In this document: positions 38,566-48,584 of the stretch, in pieces
How positions within the stretch are numbered: position 1 is the stretch's first letter
Layout of the letters: each line of letters opens with the position of its first letter
Assembly (NCBI GenBank): GCA_000830295.1
Contig: CP010425.1
Coordinates: forward strand, 544,001-608,000
Length of the DNA stretch: 64,000 bases
DNA from: an archaeon GW2011_AR15
Lineage (GTDB): Archaea > Nanobdellota > Nanobdellia > Woesearchaeales > GW2011-AR15
Direction of reading: 5' to 3'
Notes under the pieces: model-generated
Databases searched by the model: none
The model's input: only the letters and a program-made list of their open reading frames with translations
What the model was told of the DNA's origin: nothing
Translations under genes and position numbers: made by a program

Positions 38566-39645
38566 ATGTTTCCCACATACGTCAGGCTAGGGTATTCAAT
38601 ACCAGCATACAGGCTGTCAAGAGTTCTGAATCATCCTCTTGCAAAACCGATTAACATCACCCTTTCTGTCACGAACAGGTGTTATTCAAGATGCCGAAGC
38701 TGCAATGTCTGGAAAGTCCATAAAGAGAATCCCGAGATAGCAACCCAGGAGATGACAACAGAAGAATGGGGCAAATGCCTGAAAAGCCTTGGCAGAGGGC
38801 CAATATGGTTCACAATCACAGGAGGAGAAACAACATTAAGGGATGACCTGCCTCAGATAGTTTCGCTTATAGCTAAGCATAACAGGCCAAGATATATAAA
38901 CTTGGCAACAAGTGGCATTTATCCAAAAAAAACAATTAGCATTGTCAGGGAAACTCTGAAGATAACCTCAAAAAACAACATTCTGTTTACTCTTAACCTA
39001 TCTATTGATGAGATTGATGAGAGATATGAAGAAGTAAGGGGCGTCCCAAAAGGCTTTGAGAAGGTAAAAGAGACATTTTTCGGACTGAAAGAACTTAAAA
39101 AAGAATTTCCGGAGTTTGTTCTTGGTGTTAATATGGTAATCTCAAGGCTCAATTATAAGCGCTTTAAAGAAATTCATAACTATATCATGGATAAATTGGG
39201 GCCGGATTCTTTTGTTTCAGAGATTGTAGAAAGGAGAAAGGCGATATACTTTGATGATGACCTTTCAATACCTGATGAGGATGCACAGGAAATACTTAAT
39301 TATCTCATAGAATATGAGAACCAGAAATCAGAGCAGGCAAAAGTAATTGGCTTTTTCAGAAGGCGATATTACAGGATACTAAAAAAAATAATACATGATA
39401 AGAGGGAAGCTATGCCCTCGTATTCCGGGATAGCCTCCTGCACCATCTCTTATAACGGCGATGTATGGGATGCCCCAAAAGAGACAAACATCTTTGGCAG
39501 CCTCAGAGAAAACGGGTATGATTTCAGCAGGGTATGGAAATCAGACAGGGCAAGAAATGAAAGGAAAAAACTGAGAGCAAAAAGAGAGTATTCAACAACA
39601 GCCAACCCCCTGTATACAGATATGCTTTGCAATCTTAAGATATAA
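38566..39645 (+). CDS. Radical SAM protein with degenerate SPASM-like C-terminus
   Basis: CYSRCRSC, TGGE, LSIDE; SPASM cysteines substituted. Confidence 0.85.
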   Translation: MFPTYVRLGYSIPAYRLSRVLNHPLAKPINITLSVTNRCYSRCRSCNVWKVHKENPEIATQEMTTEEWGKCLKSLGRGPIWFTITGGETTLRDDLPQIVSLIAKHNRPRYINLATSGIYPKKTISIVRETLKITSKNNILFTLNLSIDEIDERYEEVRGVPKGFEKVKETFFGLKELKKEFPEFVLGVNMVISRLNYKRFKEIHNYIMDKLGPDSFVSEIVERRKAIYFDDDLSIPDEDAQEILNYLIEYENQKSEQAKVIGFFRRRYYRILKKIIHDKREAMPSYSGIASCTISYNGDVWDAPKETNIFGSLRENGYDFSRVWKSDRARNERKKLRAKREYSTTANPLYTDMLCNLKI

Positions 39646-40860
39646 CTACATAGCCCTGTTCTTTATCATCTTCTCATACATGAAATCAACAAGCTCAGGA
39701 TTCTTGGAAAGATGGACGCACAAGTGGCAGATAAACGGATAGTCTTCCTTTTCTATCTTTTTTTCTTTTATAAGGAAATCATATAATTCTTTTCCCTTGA
39801 ATCTCTTTAGCAGCATGAGGTGCCTGTGCTCTTTCATAAACACCTCCTCCAGCGAAAGATTTTCACTTAATTTTGCAATAGTGTATTCTTCTTTCATAAC
39901 AGCGGGCCCTGCACAGAAAGAGATTCTCTCGTCAGGCAGCAGTTTAAGCATAGTGCAATATAGATTATCAGGATATTCAAACTTGCCTTTGTTCTCTCTT
40001 ATAATCTCATCTTTATATTTTTTCCCGGCTCCAATTGGAATAATCTGCCTCCATCTTGATTGGTGGTGTTCCATTAATTTGGAGAACTTTTTTCTGCTTT
40101 TTTCATAATCACATCTGGAAACTTCTTCAATCTGAAAATCAAACACATTCCAGCCAAAGACATCTTTTGATATGTCCTTGAGTTTGAGGAAACTTTCTTC
40201 ATTTATTCCATATTTTCGATGTCCGATGCCTATGCTTATAGTTATAAATCCATTATATCCGGCGTCCTTTAGCCTCTGCATATATTCCCAGGCTTTTTTT
40301 GGATCGTTGCACCAAAAACCGTTTGTAGTCATTCCAAAAACTCGCATACCTTTTTTTTGGGCCAATTTGATGGCTTTACAAAGATGATCCATATAGAGAA
40401 AAACTTCACCACCAAAAAAAGAAATTTGTCTTATGTTTACTTCTTTTAGTTTATCTATAAACAACTCTATTCTATCGAGTTCCAGTAATTTATGATCAAA
40501 ATTTGTCTGATAGCAATGATCACACCTGTAATTGCAGGCATAGGTCAATATAACAGTGGCATAATTAGCGTAGAATATATATGATGGGTAGAGAAAGAGG
40601 TCATTCTTTACAAGTTCTTTTGAAAATTCAAACTCCAGCTTTTTCAGATCATTGTATGAATTAAGTTTTGTTTTTTTTCCTTTTGTTACTTTATCGAATA
40701 GCTTATATCCAAGTTTTAGTTTACGTATGTTTAATTTTATATAATCTCTGAATTTTTGATAATCACTTTTAAAAGGAGAGCAATAGAAATACTTCAGTCT
40801 GGCCGCAAGGCCAGCCTTATACTTCAGCAACCTGTATTTGTTTTTTATAGTACTGTACAT
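39646..40860 (-). CDS. Radical SAM protein
   Basis: CNYRCDHC, FFGGE, TTNGFW, C-terminal CHLC. Confidence 0.88.
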   Translation of the reverse strand: MYSTIKNKYRLLKYKAGLAARLKYFYCSPFKSDYQKFRDYIKLNIRKLKLGYKLFDKVTKGKKTKLNSYNDLKKLEFEFSKELVKNDLFLYPSYIFYANYATVILTYACNYRCDHCYQTNFDHKLLELDRIELFIDKLKEVNIRQISFFGGEVFLYMDHLCKAIKLAQKKGMRVFGMTTNGFWCNDPKKAWEYMQRLKDAGYNGFITISIGIGHRKYGINEESFLKLKDISKDVFGWNVFDFQIEEVSRCDYEKSRKKFSKLMEHHQSRWRQIIPIGAGKKYKDEIIRENKGKFEYPDNLYCTMLKLLPDERISFCAGPAVMKEEYTIAKLSENLSLEEVFMKEHRHLMLLKRFKGKELYDFLIKEKKIEKEDYPFICHLCVHLSKNPELVDFMYEKMIKNRAM

Positions 40861-41378
40861 TCTATTCCTTTAGAGGATAATCTCTTTTTCATTGAATCTA
40901 AATGGTCATTACCAAGTATTACATATACCTTTTTAATGCTTTCTTTTAAACAGTCTTTACTGATTTCTTCAATCATTGCAGTTTCTCTTTTTTTTATGAA
41001 ATATTCTTCAAAAACAGGATTGTTAGTATTATTAGACCCTGTAGTTGCCATCCTAAAGAGATCTTTTATATTGGAATCCCTATAGAATTGCTTTGCTAAT
41101 TTTATACCTTTTATATCTATATATTTGAATTTAAAACCCTCTTTTTTTAGATATTCTGTCAGGTGATAGAATTCATAAAATCTGGTCTTTTTTAATCCAA
41201 AAATCCCACTAAAAAATCTGGCAGTTATGGTCTTTCTCCGGTGTTTTTTGTATCTTAACATATCATATTCAAGCAAAATAAGAGCATTTTTTGCATTAGA
41301 GTTATTAAGAATAGTTTTTACTTTTTGAAAAGAGGTTGGGTTATTATGCTTAACCCCCATGATAATAATCTTACTCAT
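40845..41378 (-). CDS. Hypothetical, distant TraB-like fold
   Basis: IIMGVKH, LLEYD, KRETAM, VILGNDH parallel TraB motifs. Confidence 0.5.
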   Translation of the reverse strand: MSKIIIMGVKHNNPTSFQKVKTILNNSNAKNALILLEYDMLRYKKHRRKTITARFFSGIFGLKKTRFYEFYHLTEYLKKEGFKFKYIDIKGIKLAKQFYRDSNIKDLFRMATTGSNNTNNPVFEEYFIKKRETAMIEEISKDCLKESIKKVYVILGNDHLDSMKKRLSSKGIECTVL

Positions 41379-41606
41379 ATTAAGGCGACATAGTTTTTGT
41401 CTAGATTAATTTAACTGTTTTATGAAGGCTTTAAATTATATCTTCTCAGAATTCTGTTTCCAAAAACCTTTTCTTTAATGAAAGTAAAGACTCTTTCTCC
41501 GAAGCTTTTATACATGGCTATAATAAGAGTCTTCCCTTTTATATATTTTTCGGGCGGGAGCAGCTACCAAAAGGTTTTTTAAGCATTAGTACTTAATTTT
41601 AAGATT

Positions 41607-43115
41607 ATGAATGAGAAAAAGAAAATACTGTTTATCAAATATTTTACTCCGGCAAACTTTGACCAGCGCACTATTGGAGCCATACTTAATCACAGATACG
41701 ATGTCAGCTACCTGACTATCCTAAGCGATGATGGTTTTAAGTCGCTTAAAGGAGAAAAAACCCACGACAGAGAGAATTATCGGAAACTTGGCAAATTCTG
41801 CAGCAACTACGATTTCATACTTATAGGCGCGCTATCTTTTGATGAGAAAAGGATATTTGAGTTTATAACCTATCTAAATAGGAATTATCCGGATCTTAGA
41901 CTCCTCCTTGGGGGGCCGTTGGCAATGGCAGAACCTGAAAAATGCCTGAAATATGTTGATTACCTTTGTATCTGGGACGCATATAATATAATGCAGCTTT
42001 TTGACTATATTGAGACAGGGAAGTTTCCTGAAGGAGGGTTGGATAATTTTGTGATAAAGGGAAAAAATGAGTTTCCAGGATTATCATTGCCAAAGACTTA
42101 TGATGAATACCCGGTCCCAGATTTTGCTTCTGAAGAAAATTATTCTTATCTTAATGGAAAATTGATGAAACTAGGTAAATATACTCCAAAAATGGTTTAT
42201 TTTGAAACAGAAAAAGGATGCATCTTCAACTGTAGTTTCTGTTCTATTTCTCATTATAACAAAATAAAGCGTCAAAATAAAATGCCTCTTGTAGTAAAGA
42301 GCTCTATGATAGTTGTCTTAGAGAAACTTAGAAAAATAAAATCCAATTTAAGAAAAGATGCATGTATTGACATCTTGGACGATAACTTTTTTGTCTATAG
42401 TGAAGAAGAAATACAATATTTTGTTGATCATTATGACAAAGAGATAGGTCTTCCTGTTATAATTCAAACCGACCCCAGATCAGAAAATTTCATTGAGAAG
42501 TTTAGGATTATTTCTAAAATAAAAAATATGAAAGTATTTGCGTGCGGAATTCAAACTGGATCAGAGCAATTTAATCTGAGAGTATACAACAGATCTCAGA
42601 AAAATAAGCTCATAATAGATAACCATAGGTCTATGAAAAAAATAATGAGACGACAGGGTGTGAAATTTACAGTCTTATATTATATAATATACAATAACCC
42701 ATTAGAGAAAAGAGAAGATGTTCTTGACACAATTAACCTCATGCTTAATCTTAGAGGGAAGGAGTTTGAATTCCAGCTAAATGCCTATTCGTTAATACCT
42801 TCAACAATACTTGGAGAGAGATTAAAAGACTATTATAATGATATATATACTTTCAGAGACCCGCAGTTTAATGTTTTCAGAAAAAATGCATTCTATAATC
42901 TATTCCTTTTTATCATAAACAAAATTAATTTTATGGGTGCAGATTTCCTCCTGCCAAGCAAATTTAAGGAGAATATAGTTACTGAACTATTGAACAATAA
43001 ATTCCTTGCAAAGCCGTATTACAAAGCATTAATAAACGCTACATATACTCACGAAAAAAGAAGGCTACAAAAAGAAAGAGAGGACATTCTAAAGAGAGCC
43101 ACGATAATTGCATAG
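41607..43115 (+). CDS. B12-binding-domain radical SAM protein (class B methyltransferase-like)
   Basis: LLGGPLA, ETEKGCIFNCSFC, LDDNF, GIQTGSE. Confidence 0.88.
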   Translation: MNEKKKILFIKYFTPANFDQRTIGAILNHRYDVSYLTILSDDGFKSLKGEKTHDRENYRKLGKFCSNYDFILIGALSFDEKRIFEFITYLNRNYPDLRLLLGGPLAMAEPEKCLKYVDYLCIWDAYNIMQLFDYIETGKFPEGGLDNFVIKGKNEFPGLSLPKTYDEYPVPDFASEENYSYLNGKLMKLGKYTPKMVYFETEKGCIFNCSFCSISHYNKIKRQNKMPLVVKSSMIVVLEKLRKIKSNLRKDACIDILDDNFFVYSEEEIQYFVDHYDKEIGLPVIIQTDPRSENFIEKFRIISKIKNMKVFACGIQTGSEQFNLRVYNRSQKNKLIIDNHRSMKKIMRRQGVKFTVLYYIIYNNPLEKREDVLDTINLMLNLRGKEFEFQLNAYSLIPSTILGERLKDYYNDIYTFRDPQFNVFRKNAFYNLFLFIINKINFMGADFLLPSKFKENIVTELLNNKFLAKPYYKALINATYTHEKRRLQKEREDILKRATIIA

Positions 43116-43119
43116 ATAT

Positions 43120-44124
43120 ATGAAAAAATTTAAGGCAATATTGAGAGGCAGCAGGAAAGTCCTTCTAATAACTTCCTCCGGATATATGAATCTGGGTGGA
43201 GAAGCAGTTGTCCATAAGATAATAACTGAGGTCCAGTCAGCAAATCCAAAATCCCGGCTGAGAGCTACTTCAAGCAACCCTGGACACTCAGAGAAACTGC
43301 ATAAATTTGAAAATATCAAATTCATAAATTCTCTCTCAGTCAAACTTGTTTCCAATCTATTGTTAGCAGACACAATTGTTATTGCAGGCGATGAGATTAC
43401 TTCTGCCAGGCTTAATCAGCTTTACCCAGGAGTTCTGTCATATCTTCAGGGAAAATTCAGGATATTTGCTGCAGCTCTTGGAGTATTTTTAGGGAAAAAA
43501 GTCATTTTCTACAAGATCGGTCTGTATTCTTTTCAAAACAATTTCCCAAAAGGTGCCCTTAATTACGCACTAGAGAATTCAGTTCTTATTGTTGCAAGGG
43601 ACAATGAAACAAAAAAACAGCTTAGGTTGTTCGGGTGCAGAAAAGAAATCCAGGCTGGGAGAGACCCCGGTTATGATGTGGAATACCGGAAACAGAAGGG
43701 AACTAGAGGGATGGGCCTGATATTGAGCAACCCCCTCAATGACAGAAAAGAGCAGAAATTAACACAATTCCTGAAAAGCCTGTCTGACAAAAAGAAAAAG
43801 CGCAAACTCTGTTTCTTTGTTTTCTGCAGACATCCGGAAAAAGAAGCGGAAAATGATTTAACTTTTGTCAATAAAATAGTTTCTAAGCTCGGCCTGAAAA
43901 AGAAAGATTATGAAATATTTGTCTCAGATGAGCCCGCCAGAGTCAAGTCAAAAATGTCATCTATGTCTTTTATTATAACCTCAAGATATCACGGCGCAGT
44001 TTTCGCAGATTCAACAAAAGTCCCTTTCATTGCACTGCCCGTCAGCAACAAATTAAGGGCATTCGGAAAAAGGACAGTTGAATTCGAGGAGCTGGAAAAT
44101 TTTAACTTAAACCATATCAAGTAA
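43120..44124 (+). CDS. Polysaccharide pyruvyl transferase family protein
   Basis: GYMNLGGEA, IVARD, DPG, ITSRYHGAVFA. Confidence 0.8.
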   Translation: MKKFKAILRGSRKVLLITSSGYMNLGGEAVVHKIITEVQSANPKSRLRATSSNPGHSEKLHKFENIKFINSLSVKLVSNLLLADTIVIAGDEITSARLNQLYPGVLSYLQGKFRIFAAALGVFLGKKVIFYKIGLYSFQNNFPKGALNYALENSVLIVARDNETKKQLRLFGCRKEIQAGRDPGYDVEYRKQKGTRGMGLILSNPLNDRKEQKLTQFLKSLSDKKKKRKLCFFVFCRHPEKEAENDLTFVNKIVSKLGLKKKDYEIFVSDEPARVKSKMSSMSFIITSRYHGAVFADSTKVPFIALPVSNKLRAFGKRTVEFEELENFNLNHIK

Positions 44125-45309
44125 CTTCAGCTTACCTCGCTCAGAGAAGCCAATCTTTTTATTGATTGTAACACTGACTTTCTTAAAGGCTAATTTCATA
44201 AATGCTTCTTTAATTTCCCCATTGATTTCCTTGTCATGCACTTGTTTTGGGAGTATGTTTATTGTTAATCTGTTCCCAGAACACTTAAAAGTAAATAACT
44301 TTACGGTCTGGAAATCAAGCATCTTATCTACCATATCCCCAAGATAAACCTCTTTTTTTCCTGCTTTTATGAAATCGCTTTCCCTGCCTAAAATACGCTT
44401 TATCCTGCTGTTTTCAGCCATTACAAGGTCATCAGTCCTGTATCTTATCAAAGGCATAAAATAGTTTGAGAGAGAAGTGATAACCGGTCTTTTTATCCCT
44501 GGTTTTCTTGTATCTTCAAATTCAAGGACCACACTATCCCAGTTTGTCTTATAGTAGGTCATGCCAGGCTTCCTGTAAGCAGCAATATTGAACTCAGTGA
44601 GCCCATAATTGTCGGAAACAGGACAGCCAAATCTTTTCTCAAAATATGCTCTCATTTTCTCTGTCAAAACCTCCCCAATGCAGAATATTCTCCTTAGCTT
44701 CAGGCTTCTCAGATGCTTTTCATCAAAAGAATTCGCAAGTTCGAGAAGCTTGAACGGGAAATAATAGAGATACTTTATTTTATGTTTTCGGATAATCTCA
44801 ACTTGCTTTTCAGGGTTGGAATCCTGCCTTATTATGACTTTCCTGCTTATCCCAAATTTGTTGAAGAAACTGTTGCTTTCTTCTCTGTACCAGTAGAATC
44901 CAAGCTTCCTGAAAGGAGTGTATCCCTGGTCCATCAGTGTTCTGATAAAAATGGCGTTGTTGTAATCATTGGCCTCATCATCAAGGTAAACAGAGAATTC
45001 TTCTCCAGTAGTCCCGCTTGTGTATGTGACTTTGTAATCTTTCATCTTTTTTCTGTCAATCAGCTTCCTATAGTTTTTTAGAAGAGCAGACTTGTCCACA
45101 CAGGGGATTTTTTTAATATCTTCAAGGGCCCTTAACATATTAGGATGAAATTTTTTTTTTGAGTAGAACTCCCTGTAAAACTGGTTATTCCTGTATGCAT
45201 GATCCACTATGTTTTTCAGAAAAAAAAACTGGAGATCTCTCTTTTTTCTGTGGCTGAATTTATCCTGACTGAATATCTTGTATAAGTAGTAGAGCTCTCT
45301 TAAAAACAT
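44107..45309 (-). CDS. Phenylacetate-CoA ligase/CapK-like adenylate-forming protein
   Basis: YTSGTTG, IGEVL, NYGLTE, MPLIRYRTDD, GRESD. Confidence 0.85.
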   Translation of the reverse strand: MFLRELYYLYKIFSQDKFSHRKKRDLQFFFLKNIVDHAYRNNQFYREFYSKKKFHPNMLRALEDIKKIPCVDKSALLKNYRKLIDRKKMKDYKVTYTSGTTGEEFSVYLDDEANDYNNAIFIRTLMDQGYTPFRKLGFYWYREESNSFFNKFGISRKVIIRQDSNPEKQVEIIRKHKIKYLYYFPFKLLELANSFDEKHLRSLKLRRIFCIGEVLTEKMRAYFEKRFGCPVSDNYGLTEFNIAAYRKPGMTYYKTNWDSVVLEFEDTRKPGIKRPVITSLSNYFMPLIRYRTDDLVMAENSRIKRILGRESDFIKAGKKEVYLGDMVDKMLDFQTVKLFTFKCSGNRLTINILPKQVHDKEINGEIKEAFMKLAFKKVSVTINKKIGFSERGKLKLLDMV

Positions 45310-45347
45310 AAAAATATAGAGGGAAACGTAATATTAAAGCTTATTGC

Positions 45348-47183
45348 TTATTTATGGAATTTTTTAACAAGCTCCATGATTTCTTTGCCCGGCGCCTTTC
45401 CCCTCAGCTTTCCCATAACCTTTCCTATTACAGCATTCCTGGGAATTCCTTTATTCTCTTTCAGTATTTTCTTCACTTCTTTCTCAAGCAATTTTCCCGT
45501 CAATGGCTTATATTGTTTATAGTCAGGTGATTTTCCTTCTGCAATGCCGATAAGTATCTCAAAGACAGCATCATCTGTTATCAAACCCCTGTTCAGTTTC
45601 TCCAGTATTCCAGGAGCGTGCTTCTCAATCTCGATTTCCTTATTATATCTCTTTTTTATCTCCTTCGGAGATTCTATAAGTGTCCTTGCTATAAAACCCG
45701 GCTCTACTTTCCTGTATTTCCTGACGTATTCTTCAAAATCAATGCCTTCATCGACAACCTCTTTCGCAAGCTGTCTACTGACATTATACTCTTTTGCCAG
45801 TCTATTGATTTTTTCAGGTATAAGTTCAGGCAGCTCTACAGACCCAAGAAGCTCTTCTGTGACATCAATATTAGGTATATCTGTCTCAGGATAAAGCCTG
45901 TTGGCCCCTGGAAGGGGCCTTGCATAAGAATTTGTGGCATTGTGATGGTTTGGAATCCTTGTTTCTTCGGGAACTCCTTTCAGACTATATAGGGCCCTCT
46001 CATAGACAGCGTCTGCGGCTTTTTCTGCAATTGCTTTCTTCTCTGCCATCACAATTATCAGGTCATTTTTTCCTGCCTTGAATAACTTCCTAAGCTCTTC
46101 AAATTCTTTTCCAAGGTTGTATTTTGAAAGATCCTCATCAGTATGTATCATTCCCTTTGTGCCGTAAGCCATTGCGTATTCCGCAAGCTCTTTCCCGAAT
46201 GTCTTCTCAGGGCACAGCTCTTTTTTCAGCAATCCTGAGAAATTTGGGAGAAGAAGGGCAATAACAGAGCCGCCGCTCTGTATTATGCCTGAAATCATCC
46301 TTGACTCGGAATTTCTGAACAGCTCTGTGGCATCTTCTGTTTTCTTGCTGAATTTTCCTGTTTTTCTTTTTTTCAGTTCTTTCTTTATCTCAATCAGGTT
46401 ATACTGCCTCAATACTTCATTTTCAATCAGCAGCTCCAGCTTTTTCAGGTCCTGCCAGCCCTTTACCTCTATTCTTGCCCCTTCTTTAATCGATATATTT
46501 ACGTCCTGCCTTATTGAGCCTATACCTCTCCTTACATTAAATGACCTCAAAAGAGTCCCTATTGCCAGGGCGGTTTCCCTCACATGCTTAGGGTCTTTTA
46601 ATGAGGCATCCGTGCCGATTTCAAGCAGGGGTACACCGAGTCTTGAAAGGGAATAGTATACAGCATCGCCTTCTTTTTTCTCTATCTTAGAAGAATCTTC
46701 CTCGAGGTTAAGCTGGACAATCTTTACTCTGCCTTCAGGAGTTTCAAGGAACGAATCCTTATTCTCATAGCCAAGCAGCATTGTCCTCTGGAACCCTGAT
46801 ACCGCAGAGCCGTCTGTCACTGTCTTGCGCATCACGCATATTGTTTCCGGGACATTCAGCTTAAACATCTTTGCCACGCCAAGGCCGATCATAAGCGCTT
46901 CATTATTGACAGCATGAGGAGGTTCCTCATCAAGCTCGACAAGGCAGTATTCACCTTTATAGCCGTGGTACAGAAATTTCCTGTTCCTGAACTGCTCATA
47001 CTGGGCTGCAAGGTCAACTTCTCCTGTCTCTCCTGCAGATGCCCTCAGCTTTCTCGAGGTCTCGGAAATAAGCTCTTTTTCCCCCATGCCGGAAGAGCAG
47101 TCGCAGAACAACTTTCCAGTGTTAAGCTCCTGATGTATCTCAATGCCTGCTTTGAATCCCAGTTTATTGTAATCTACCTTCAT
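45348..47183 (-). CDS. gatE: Glu-tRNA(Gln) amidotransferase subunit E
   Basis: GIEIHQEL..KLFC, CLVELDEEPPH, RRGIGSIRQDVNISI, RPLPGANRLYPETD. Confidence 0.97.
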   Translation of the reverse strand: MKVDYNKLGFKAGIEIHQELNTGKLFCDCSSGMGEKELISETSRKLRASAGETGEVDLAAQYEQFRNRKFLYHGYKGEYCLVELDEEPPHAVNNEALMIGLGVAKMFKLNVPETICVMRKTVTDGSAVSGFQRTMLLGYENKDSFLETPEGRVKIVQLNLEEDSSKIEKKEGDAVYYSLSRLGVPLLEIGTDASLKDPKHVRETALAIGTLLRSFNVRRGIGSIRQDVNISIKEGARIEVKGWQDLKKLELLIENEVLRQYNLIEIKKELKKRKTGKFSKKTEDATELFRNSESRMISGIIQSGGSVIALLLPNFSGLLKKELCPEKTFGKELAEYAMAYGTKGMIHTDEDLSKYNLGKEFEELRKLFKAGKNDLIIVMAEKKAIAEKAADAVYERALYSLKGVPEETRIPNHHNATNSYARPLPGANRLYPETDIPNIDVTEELLGSVELPELIPEKINRLAKEYNVSRQLAKEVVDEGIDFEEYVRKYRKVEPGFIARTLIESPKEIKKRYNKEIEIEKHAPGILEKLNRGLITDDAVFEILIGIAEGKSPDYKQYKPLTGKLLEKEVKKILKENKGIPRNAVIGKVMGKLRGKAPGKEIMELVKKFHK

Positions 47184-47222
47184 AGTATAGGTGATATATA
47201 TAATCTTTATATAGATTTTGCG

Positions 47223-48062
47223 TTAAGCTGAATCTTGTTTCTTCATCCTTACTATTCTCTCATTTTTTTTTGTAGTTATTTTTGGTATTTTAGTCTTCAC
47301 TTCTTTTTGCCAAAACGCATCATCAAAAATAATTTCTCTTACCCAGGGTAAATGACCGTCATGTGAAAATATAACTCCATTAGGAACGATTAACGGATAT
47401 AAATTTTTCAGACATATTTTTGTGGAAGAAGCATAGTCAACATCTAGGAAAGCAACTGCAATATTTTCATCAAAAGAAGGCATTGTTTTTTCAAATAATC
47501 CCTTTATAAATATACAGTTGTCAATTTCCCCATATCTCTTTACGTTATTTTTCACTTCATCTAGAGATCCTTTAAATAATCCTTTTTTGTAGAGCTCTTC
47601 AAGAAATAGTTTCCCTTCTTTCTTTTTATCAGGTTCAGGCAGTCCTTCAAAAGAGTCAAATACATAGAGTTTCTTGTTTACCAATTTTGCAGCTATGCTT
47701 AGTTTACAAGTGCTTGCTCCTTTCCAACATCCTGCCTCCACAAGTATCCCTTTAAGGTTAGATAGTTTTAATATTTCTGTAATAATTTCAAATATCTCTT
47801 TTTGAGAATGATAACCCTCCACATTTTTAGAAATAATATGGGCTCTTTTTATTATCTCAACTTTCTCTTTAAAACTGATTCCCAGATTTTCCTTTAAAAA
47901 CCGGGAGTATGTAAAAATATTAGCTAAAGGATAAAAAATACTAATTGCATTTATAATAAATTTTGGTATGATTTTCTTCAATATGCTCTCTATGCTGGGA
48001 GGCAGGCGCCCTTCTTTCAATAAATAAATGGGCTTGTTGATAACCGGTTTAGCAGAGGACAT
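47223..48062 (-). CDS. TylF/MycF family O-methyltransferase
   Basis: VEAGCWKGAS, FDSFEGLP, IKGLFEKT, FLDVD; AT-rich. Confidence 0.88.
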   Translation of the reverse strand: MSSAKPVINKPIYLLKEGRLPPSIESILKKIIPKFIINAISIFYPLANIFTYSRFLKENLGISFKEKVEIIKRAHIISKNVEGYHSQKEIFEIITEILKLSNLKGILVEAGCWKGASTCKLSIAAKLVNKKLYVFDSFEGLPEPDKKKEGKLFLEELYKKGLFKGSLDEVKNNVKRYGEIDNCIFIKGLFEKTMPSFDENIAVAFLDVDYASSTKICLKNLYPLIVPNGVIFSHDGHLPWVREIIFDDAFWQKEVKTKIPKITTKKNERIVRMKKQDSA

Positions 48063-48147
48063 TGAGAGTAATAATACTCTCTCTCTTTATATTATTTCTT
48101 AACATTTTTTCAAAAACAATTTAAACACCATTTCATTAGCTATTCCA

Positions 48148-48546
48148 ATGAGAACATATACCAGAGAACAACTCCTGTTTTACCTCACAAGCCTTTCTAA
48201 AGAACTGAAGAAAACACCGACGATAGATGACATGAACAGGAAAAAAGACTATCCTTCCGCAGCCACCCTTGCAAAAAGGTTCGGCTCCTGGAACAATGCC
48301 CTCAGGAAAGCGGGCCTCAAGGTAAATGTGAGGAAGAAATACACGAAAACAGAGCTTCTGGACAACCTGAAACTGCTTGCGAAGGAGCTTGGCAGGCAGC
48401 CAAAATCAACTGATTTAAAGGGCAAGAAATGGGCGGCTTCATATACGACTTACAAGAAGCACTTTGGCAGCTGGAAAAAGGCCCTGGACTTGGCCGGGGT
48501 CACGGAAAGCAGGGTAGTCAATCTCAGGAAATTCTCAGGGAAGTAA
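48148..48546 (+). CDS. Stand-alone homing-endonuclease-associated repeat protein (two repeats)
   Basis: Two YT..LL..L..L.KEL...P....RFGSW..AL..AG repeats; no HNH motif. Confidence 0.8.
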   Translation: MRTYTREQLLFYLTSLSKELKKTPTIDDMNRKKDYPSAATLAKRFGSWNNALRKAGLKVNVRKKYTKTELLDNLKLLAKELGRQPKSTDLKGKKWAASYTTYKKHFGSWKKALDLAGVTESRVVNLRKFSGK

Positions 48547-48584
48547 TAGAAATACATTTAAATTAAGTTCCATTGATTTTTCCT

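Noticed and set aside
36665-45347. Prophage or integrative island bounded by attL/attR at tRNA-Trp
   Set aside because: The only tRNA 3' duplicate I found is 94 bp downstream; no integrase, viral genes or distal att copy seen
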